64,000 bases of DNA from a candidate division WWE3 bacterium (GTDB lineage: Bacteria > Patescibacteriota > WWE3 > UBA101185 > UBA10185). The DNA lies in the NCBI GenBank assembly GCA_014729135.1, contig WJKK01000001.1, positions 730,919 through 794,918 on the forward strand, given 5' to 3'. Below the pieces are notes generated by a model. That model was not told where the DNA came from. It saw only the letters and a list, made by a program, of their open reading frames with translations, and ran no database searches. Of the stretch, positions 57,555 through 64,000 are shown in pieces (the stretch's first letter is position 1; each line of letters begins with the position of its first letter). The position numbers and the translations under genes were made by a program.

Positions 57555-58904
57555 TTACTCCTCCGGAGTCACAGATTTCTCCGCCTCGTAAAAGCGTGTC
57601 CTATTAGACTTAAAGAACAACGGAATCTCCCCCGTAGGCCCATTACGATGCTTAGCAATCACAAGCCCCATATTTTCCCGATCCTCCTCATCCGGTCTAT
57701 ACAAAAACAAAACCACGTCAGCATCCTGCTCAATAGAACCCGAGTCCCGCAAATCCGAAAGCTGCGGACGCTTCACTCCCCCACGCTGCTCAACCGCTCG
57801 TGACAACTGCGACAAAGCCAAAACGGGCACACGTAACTCCCTGGCCAAATTCTTCAAAGACTGAGAAATATACGTAACCTCTTGCACACGCGACTCAAAG
57901 TTCTTCCCATGAACAAGCTGCATATAGTCAATCATAATCAAATCCAAACCATGCTCCATTTGCAAACGCCTAGCCTTGGTTCGCATCTCAATAACAGAAA
58001 TTCCCGGCGTGTCATCAATAAAAATAGGAGCCTCCGCCAGCTGACCTGCAGCAATTCCATACTTTTCAAAATCCTCAGCCGCCAAATTCCCCGTACTAAT
58101 CCTCCAGTTATCAATGTCACCCTGCGCCGAAATCATACGATCCACAATCGACTCGCGTCCCATCTCCAAAGAGAAAAAACCAATCTTTTTGCCATGCTCT
58201 ATAGAGGCATGCTGAGCTATATTTATTGCCAGAGACGATTTACCCATGGAGGGGCGGGCCGCCAAAATAATGAGCTCTTCCTTTTGGAGTCCTGAAAGCA
58301 TTTTGTCCAGCTTTTTTAAGCCTGTAGGAACACCTCGCAAAGCTCCTCTAGTTTTGGAAAGCTCGTCTAGACGCTCAAACGTAACTTCTAAGGTTTTTTT
58401 AACGGGGACAAATTCTTCGTGAACACGATCCTGGGAAACATCATATAAAAGCTGCTCCGATTTATCCAGCAAATCCGTAACATCTGATTCTTCACGAACC
58501 ATGCGAGCAATTCTCCCGGCCGTTCTAAGAAGGTTTCTACGTGTGGCATGATCTTTAATAATGTTGCCGTAATGTTCTATATTGGCAGCAGTTGGCACAA
58601 AGTTCACCAGTTCCGTTAAATACGCCACTCCCCCACTGGATTTGAGCTCGCCCATTTTCCTTAGTTGATCCGGAACGGTTACAAGGTCGGCGGGCTCTCT
58701 ATTTTCGTAAAGTTCCAGGATTGCTTCGTAAATGTTGGCATGTGAAGTTTTGTAGAAGTGTTCCGCCCGAAGAAATTCAACAATTTTTACAAGGCTGTCG
58801 GGATCAAGCAAGATTGCCCCTAATACAGATTTTTCAGCATCAACATCATGTGGAGGGACATCTGGATTCATGTCGGGTCTGTATTTTGCAGGATTGTGCA
58901 CCAT
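57555..58904 (-). CDS. dnaB: Replicative DNA helicase DnaB
   Basis: 'SVLGAILLDPD' N-terminal domain. 'AARPSMGKSSLAINIA' Walker A. 'LIMIDYMQLV' Walker B. Confidence 0.9.
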   Translation of the reverse strand: MVHNPAKYRPDMNPDVPPHDVDAEKSVLGAILLDPDSLVKIVEFLRAEHFYKTSHANIYEAILELYENREPADLVTVPDQLRKMGELKSSGGVAYLTELVNFVPTAANIEHYGNIIKDHATRRNLLRTAGRIARMVREESDVTDLLDKSEQLLYDVSQDRVHEEFVPVKKTLEVTFERLDELSKTRGALRGVPTGLKKLDKMLSGLQKEELIILAARPSMGKSSLAINIAQHASIEHGKKIGFFSLEMGRESIVDRMISAQGDIDNWRISTGNLAAEDFEKYGIAAGQLAEAPIFIDDTPGISVIEMRTKARRLQMEHGLDLIMIDYMQLVHGKNFESRVQEVTYISQSLKNLARELRVPVLALSQLSRAVEQRGGVKRPQLSDLRDSGSIEQDADVVLFLYRPDEEDRENMGLVIAKHRNGPTGEIPLFFKSNRTRFYEAEKSVTPEE

Positions 58905-59026
58905 GTACTTAGTTTAACAGATGTTTGATTTGTCTAAGGGACAAACTAAACTCCAAAAATAGTGAAAACGACTGAGATGGCCAAGCAAAGCAACTATCGC
59001 GAAGTTTAAGTCTAATGATCTGGCGC

Positions 59027-59680
59027 TTAGTGCTGCGGCTTTAAAACCAAGACTTCCGTCTCATCAGGCACGCGCGAAGTACTCGACAAATTCAACTCCG
59101 ACTTTTGCTTCACGTCATCCTCTGCTCCCATCTCCTTTAAAAACGCCTCCAACTTAGCCAACTTCTTATCATACTTGGAATCCTTCGTATCATAATGCAT
59201 AGGCACCACAAATCCGGGCTCAATAGAGGAAATCACCTTAGTAGCAAGCTCTGCATCAATAACGTAGTTTCCCCCTACCGGAATCATCAAAACGTCGACA
59301 TCGCCTACTTTCTCCAAAGTCTTCTGCGGAAGTTCGTGCCCTAAACTCCCAAGATGCAAAATGCTAAAGTCGCCGTTGTCTATTAAATAGGCTGTGTTTT
59401 TTCCTAGATCGGAGCCTTCTTTGGCATCGTGATAAGTAGGAAGGCCGTAAATAAAAATTCCTCCCATTTCGTACTCCCCCGGAGAATCTATTGTAAATTC
59501 GTTCCCCACCACTCCTTTTGTGTAAGTGGTTTCCTTGTCGTTGTGGGAAAGCAAGAGGATGTCTGCTTTTGTCTCAGGAAAGTCGTATCCAAAGGATTTG
59601 GGATCGTAAGGGTCTATAACGATGGCGGTTTTGTCGATTTCTACTTTGAAGCTTGAGTGGCCTATGTATGTTATTTTCAT
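59027..59680 (-). CDS. UPF0173-type metal-dependent hydrolase (MBL fold)
   Basis: 'MKITYIGHSSFKVEIDKTAIVIDPY', then 'LLSHNDKE'. Confidence 0.65.
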   Translation of the reverse strand: MKITYIGHSSFKVEIDKTAIVIDPYDPKSFGYDFPETKADILLLSHNDKETTYTKGVVGNEFTIDSPGEYEMGGIFIYGLPTYHDAKEGSDLGKNTAYLIDNGDFSILHLGSLGHELPQKTLEKVGDVDVLMIPVGGNYVIDAELATKVISSIEPGFVVPMHYDTKDSKYDKKLAKLEAFLKEMGAEDDVKQKSELNLSSTSRVPDETEVLVLKPQH

Positions 59681-59711
59681 GGGAGTATCTTAACACAAGT
59701 GGAGAAAGTGA

Positions 59712-59921
59712 CTAGTCCCAATCTTCCCATTTATATCTATCACCATATCCATAAGGATCATTCTCTAGCTCCTTTATTGCTGCCATCAATTCCTCTGTTG
59801 TTACACCCACTTTCAAATCAAAAACACCCGTTACTCTTTTTACACGGGGAGGTGTGCCTTCTTCTCCTTTCTCGGGAGCATTCTTATTAATATTAGCTTT
59901 TCTTGAACTTTTCTGCACCAT
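59712..59921 (-). CDS. Small hypothetical protein (69 aa)
   Basis: ORF only. Confidence 0.25.
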   Translation of the reverse strand: MVQKSSRKANINKNAPEKGEEGTPPRVKRVTGVFDLKVGVTTEELMAAIKELENDPYGYGDRYKWEDWD

Positions 59922-60092
59922 GGTAAGTACATTCTAAAAGGGGTCTGCACAATTGTCTACTAGAAGTGGAACAGTGTACCGCACTACACTATTTTCGCCC
60001 TTTTTGGTGTAATGCAGCACACTCTCTAAAGAGAGCGTGTGGTGAAGGAATTTTAGACAAAAGGAACTCCGGAGATTACAATACAAAGGACT

Positions 60093-61436
60093 ATGAAAAA
60101 CATGAAAGATCAAAAATTAACAACAGAACCATACAAAGGAGCACGTGACTTCTATCCTGAGGAGAAGCGTATCCAGGAATATTTATTTAACATTTGGAGA
60201 GAAACTGCTAAAAGCTTTGGATATGAAGAATACGACTTCCCTCTTTTGGAAAAGTATGAATTGTATGAAGCTAAATCGGGGGAAGATTTGGTTCAAAATC
60301 AACTTTATTCCTTTGAGGACAGAGGCGGAAGAAAAGTAGCAGTACGTCCTGAAAAGACCCCTTCCCTAGCAAGAATGGTAGCTGCTCGAGTACAATCCTT
60401 ACCCAAACCCATCCGCTGGTTTAACATTGGAAATTGCTGGCGATATGAAAAGCCTCAAAGAGGTCGCGGAAGGGAATTCTACCAATTTGACTGCGATATT
60501 TTTGGAGTTGATGACATTTTCGCTGATGTAGAGGTCTTCTCTATTCCCATAGAGGTGATGAAAAAGCTTGGAGCAACTTCTGAAATGTTTGAAATTCGTG
60601 TTAACAATAGAAAATTCGCGGAGAGTTATTTGCGCAATATCGTTGAACTAAAGGGAGGGATGGCAGAAAAAGACTCACAGCTTTATGCGGTTACAAAAGC
60701 TATAGATTCCAAACCAAAGATTTCTGAAAATGAATTTTTGAAACTGCTAGAAGAGGCTTGGGTTAGCACAAAACAAATTGAAAAGCTAAACGAATACCTA
60801 AGTGCAGATCTGGAATTTGTGTCAAAGTATGCCAAGGACAATGAGGGAGCTAAGGAATTGCTAGATTTCTTTGCATTAATGAAAGAAACAGGATACGGCG
60901 AATTTATCGCCTTCAAACCGGAAATTATGCGCGGATTAGACTATTACACAGGCATGGTAATTGAGCAGTTTGACTTGAATCCCAAAAACAACCGCTCCAT
61001 GTACGGCGGGGGGCGCTATGAAAATTTAATTGGCCTTTTTTCTGATGAACAAATGGGGGGAGTTGGTTTTGCCATGGGCGATATGACCCTCCTAGAATTT
61101 CTCAAAGGATGGAATTTGCTACCGGAAATAGAACAGGAAGTTGACTATTATGTGACGGTCTGGCCTGTAAGTAAAGGAGCTAGCGAAGGCAAACAGGAAG
61201 CAACGGGAAACCTAGCAGACGCTTTTAAAACAGCTCGAAAACTAAGGGAAAAAGGTAAAAATGTCATAAATTGTCTAGACCCCACTACAAGCATTTCAGA
61301 CCAGCTAGCTGATGCAAACAAAAGAGGAGCCAAAAACGTTGTAATTCAAGGCCCTCAGGAAGAGGAAGAAGGCGTTGTTAGCGTTAAAAACATGAAATCA
61401 GGTGAGCAACAACAAATCCCCATAGAAAAACTGTAA
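60093..61436 (+). CDS. hisS: Histidine--tRNA ligase
   Basis: 'GARDFYPEE', 'RWFNIGNCWRYEKPQRGRGREFYQFDCDIFG' are class II motifs. C-terminal anticodon-binding domain. Confidence 0.85.
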   Translation: MKNMKDQKLTTEPYKGARDFYPEEKRIQEYLFNIWRETAKSFGYEEYDFPLLEKYELYEAKSGEDLVQNQLYSFEDRGGRKVAVRPEKTPSLARMVAARVQSLPKPIRWFNIGNCWRYEKPQRGRGREFYQFDCDIFGVDDIFADVEVFSIPIEVMKKLGATSEMFEIRVNNRKFAESYLRNIVELKGGMAEKDSQLYAVTKAIDSKPKISENEFLKLLEEAWVSTKQIEKLNEYLSADLEFVSKYAKDNEGAKELLDFFALMKETGYGEFIAFKPEIMRGLDYYTGMVIEQFDLNPKNNRSMYGGGRYENLIGLFSDEQMGGVGFAMGDMTLLEFLKGWNLLPEIEQEVDYYVTVWPVSKGASEGKQEATGNLADAFKTARKLREKGKNVINCLDPTTSISDQLADANKRGAKNVVIQGPQEEEEGVVSVKNMKSGEQQQIPIEKL

Positions 61437-61472
61437 CCAAATCGTTCCCGTTACTGTGCTAAGATAAACCAA

Positions 61473-62486
61473 GTGTTTAAAACTGCCCAACACAACAAAA
61501 AACACAAGCATAGCGAGCACTTTCTAGCCTATGCCGCCTTAACAACTGTAACGCTTCTGTGGGCGTTGGCGGGACCTGTTATTAAGCTCACACTCCATGG
61601 AATACCTCCTATGCACTTTCTGTTTCTGCGCCTCTTGATAGTGTGTATTGTCATTTTACCGGCACTGATTATGCGGCTTCAAAAGAATCCGGTGAGCTCA
61701 AAAGAAATCCCTACGCTAATAGCACTAGGACTGTTTAGCCAAAGCAGCCTGGCGCTAAGCTTTATTGGCTATCAATACGCCACAGCACTAGATGCCGCTA
61801 TTATTACGCTCATCTCTCCCCTACTTTCTGTGGCTGCCGGTCATCTCTACTTTAATGAAAAAGTCAGCAAAAAAACTAAAATTGGATTGACTTTGGCTAC
61901 AGTAGGCACCGCTTTAATCATTTTTGAGCCTTTGCTTTTAAACAATCACACGCCTTTGATTACTAAGGAGCTTCGCGTGCTTGGAAACATTCTTATATTA
62001 AGCTCAACGGTTGCTTTTTTGATTTATACGATTTGGTCTAAGTATGCGGAAGGTGCCCGTAGTAAAAAGCTTAAAAGTACGTTTAAGCTTTTGCACTTGC
62101 ATCGCCTGAAAAGGAATAGGTCGGCTTTGGAGATTACGTTTATTACTTTTTATGTAGGGCTTGCAACAACTATTCCTTTGGTGTTTTTGGAGGCTAAGGG
62201 GTTTTTAAATGGAGGGGTTCCGGTGGATTTTAATCCTGCTAACCTTGCAACGATAACTATTTTAGGGATTTTGTATATGGCGATTTTTTCTTCTATTGTG
62301 GCCTACACGCTTTTTGAATGGGCTTTGCAAATTTCGAGTGTTACGGATACTGCGTTTTTCAACTACCTCTCCCCTATTTTTGTTTTACCCTTTGCCTATG
62401 TGCTTTTAGGGGAAATTCCCACGACAATGAGTTTAATTGGTGGTGGAATCATTGCTGCCGGAGTGATTATTGCTGAGCATAAATAA
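61473..62486 (+). CDS. EamA/DMT-family transporter
   Basis: 10 TM helices in a 5+5 layout. 'ALIIFEPL' follows the duplicated EamA pattern. Confidence 0.6.
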   Translation: MFKTAQHNKKHKHSEHFLAYAALTTVTLLWALAGPVIKLTLHGIPPMHFLFLRLLIVCIVILPALIMRLQKNPVSSKEIPTLIALGLFSQSSLALSFIGYQYATALDAAIITLISPLLSVAAGHLYFNEKVSKKTKIGLTLATVGTALIIFEPLLLNNHTPLITKELRVLGNILILSSTVAFLIYTIWSKYAEGARSKKLKSTFKLLHLHRLKRNRSALEITFITFYVGLATTIPLVFLEAKGFLNGGVPVDFNPANLATITILGILYMAIFSSIVAYTLFEWALQISSVTDTAFFNYLSPIFVLPFAYVLLGEIPTTMSLIGGGIIAAGVIIAEHK

Positions 62487-62520
62487 GGGACAGTCCTTTA
62501 AGAGGCCTGTCCTTTTCTCT
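62487..62520 (+). terminator. Rho-independent terminator after EamA gene
   Basis: gggacag-tcctttaagagg-cctgtcc, then TTTTCTCTC. Confidence 0.5.
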
Positions 62521-62570
62521 CCGAGACGGCGCAAGTTATGACATTTGAGGCTAATTGCTGCCATAGTTTT

Positions 62571-62601
62571 AGGGGACAGTCCTTTAAGAGGACTGTCCCC
62601 T
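62571..62601 (+). promoter_or_regulatory. Second, stronger copy of the same hairpin in the rpmE leader
   Basis: aggggacagtcc-tttaaga-ggactgtcccct, a 12-bp stem, about 60 nt upstream of the L31 start. Confidence 0.4.
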
Positions 62602-62663
62602 ATTTCTAACTGCTGGAATAGGCATTGCCCACCGCAAAAAAAGCTGATATACTACACAACGCT

Positions 62664-63125
62664 ATGAAGAAGAACTTGCAGCCAAAAGTAAATACGGACT
62701 GTGTTGTAACCTGCGCCTGTGGAAACACCTTCACAACCACCTCCACTAAGCAAAAGATTACGGTAGACATTTGCAGTCAGTGCCATCCCTTTTATACAGG
62801 GAAGCAGCGCTATGTTGACACTGAAGGTCGTATTGAAAAGTTTGAGAAAAAGGTTAAGTTGGCTCAGGAAAAGCAAAAGGCTCGTAAGGCTAAGGCCTCT
62901 AAGAAAACGGAAAGCACTAAAAAGAAGCAGACCAAGAAAAAGACCTTAAAGGAGATGTTAGCAGAGGCGCAAACCACCGGAGGGTCTAAAGCCCCTTCCA
63001 AAGCTGCTGACGAAAAGGATCCCGGATCGGCGTCCGGAATGACGGAAACTCCTTCCAACTCAACATCCAATTCAGGCCCCAAAGACTCCAAGAAATCCGA
63101 TAAAGACGATGGCAAAAAACAATAG
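62664..63125 (+). CDS. rpmE: 50S ribosomal protein L31 (zinc-ribbon type) with ~85-aa Lys-rich C-terminal extension
   Basis: '[27 protein letters not shown]...[13 protein letters not shown]' fits L31. The tail is K/S/T-rich and low-complexity. Confidence 0.75.
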   Translation: MKKNLQPKVNTDCVVTCACGNTFTTTSTKQKITVDICSQCHPFYTGKQRYVDTEGRIEKFEKKVKLAQEKQKARKAKASKKTESTKKKQTKKKTLKEMLAEAQTTGGSKAPSKAADEKDPGSASGMTETPSNSTSNSGPKDSKKSDKDDGKKQ

Positions 63126-63197
63126 CTGACGTCAACCTCCAAAAATTCAACAGAAAAAGCAGTTGTCAGGGCAACTAAAGCAAGGAGCAAAAACAAA

Positions 63198-64000
63198 ATG
63201 GATGAAGTTAAACAAAACCTCTTAGAACAAATCCAAACTATAGAAAAGCAAATAGCCGAAAACGAAGAGCTTTTGAAAGAAACCCAGGATAGCGAAATGC
63301 AAGAGCTAATTAAAGCAGAAATAAAAGCACTTCAAACTCAAAAAGAAGGTCTTAAAGAAGCTATAGAAAACCTGGAACAGCAACAGCAAGCTCGCCAAGA
63401 AGAGGCGGAAGAAGCCCAAGGACCGCAAATTTTACCCAATGAGGCCATTTTGGAGATCAGATCAGGCACAGGAGGAGATGAGGCAGGACTTTTTGCACAT
63501 GATTTATACCGAATGTATGTTCGTTATGCTCAAAACAAAAACTGGAAAGTTGGTAGGGTTTTTTATTCCGAAAACACAGCGGGCGGTATAAAAACTGCAA
63601 TCCTTTCTATTAAAGGAAAGAACGTCTACAGATTGCTAAAAAACGAGTCAGGCGTACATCGAGTACAAAGAGTACCCACAACAGAGTCCTCCGGCCGCAT
63701 ACACACCTCTACAGCTACTGTTGCTGTACTTCCCAAGTTTAAAAAGATAGAACTGGAAATTAAAGATGACGATTTAGAAATGGACTTTTTTAGAGCGGGA
63801 GGTTCCGGAGGGCAAAATGTTAATAAGGTTTCTACGGCAGTTAGAATCAAGCATGTCCCCACCGGAGTAGTTGTGGAGTGCCAGGAGGAAAGAACTCAGC
63901 TTAAAAACCGGCATAAGGCTATGGAGATGCTGAAATCCAAAATTTTTGAGATGATGCGAAAGCAGAAAGTGCAGGAAATTACGGAGCTTCGGGCTTCTAA
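63198..64000 (+). CDS. prfA: Peptide chain release factor 1 (3' partial, runs off window; missing from ORF track)
   Basis: 'SGTGGDEAGLFA', 'RVPTTESSGRIHTSTATVAVLP' (PxT-type), 'GGSGGQNVNKVSTAVRIKH' GGQ motif. Confidence 0.8.
   Translation, partial: MDEVKQNLLEQIQTIEKQIAENEELLKETQDSEMQELIKAEIKALQTQKEGLKEAIENLEQQQQARQEEAEEAQGPQILPNEAILEIRSGTGGDEAGLFAHDLYRMYVRYAQNKNWKVGRVFYSENTAGGIKTAILSIKGKNVYRLLKNESGVHRVQRVPTTESSGRIHTSTATVAVLPKFKKIELEIKDDDLEMDFFRAGGSGGQNVNKVSTAVRIKHVPTGVVVECQEERTQLKNRHKAMEMLKSKIFEMMRKQKVQEITELRAS

Overview
This 64 kb window of about 38-40% GC looks like a streamlined, Candidate-Phyla-Radiation-like (Patescibacteria) genome segment. Genes are short and tightly packed, and many proteins carry acidic low-complexity tails.

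Feature content:
- Housekeeping genes: rpmF-nusB-ACP-like-rnc, rpsP-KH-trmD, murF, holB, gyrB-ppaC-gyrA, rnhB, an IMPDH-family gene, a xerC/D-type recombinase, efp, dnaB, hisS, rpmE and prfA (running off the window end). A tRNA-Leu(CAA) is also present.
- Two type IV pilus loci. Locus 1 (6.9-17.9 kb, minus strand) encodes a giant secreted Cys-rich protein, a PilX-like protein, a major pilin, several minor pilins, pilM-pilN-pilO, and two further pilins. One of these carries thrombospondin-type-3-like and cystine-knot-like C-terminal modules. Locus 2 (26.6-32.2 kb) is pilB-pilT-pilC-pilin-pilD.
- An accessory region between the pilus loci. It holds a ~0.7 kb high-GC (~65%) island encoding a secreted protein, and an IS3-family element with an A9 slippery tract; together with a hypothetical gene, the IS lies between ~75-bp direct repeats.
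- The most notable feature sits in that same region. It is a compact RiPP-like cassette: a radical SAM/SPASM enzyme with an N-terminal RRE-like extension. Directly after it comes an unannotated 39-aa Cys-rich precursor (4x C-[K/N]-P) and a convergent HExxH metalloprotease-like gene.
- Other items: a 72-nt tRNA-like element (G3-U70 acceptor, T-arm, CCA, but no anticodon stem) that sits next to a promoter-sRNA-terminator unit complementary to it. An AbiEi/AbiEii module lies upstream of dnaB. A membrane P-loop ATPase is fused to an S1 domain. An Lgt-like membrane domain is fused to a DksA/TraR zinc finger. An ACP homologue has lost its phosphopantetheine serine. There is also a hairpin-rich intergenic region with covarying repeats.
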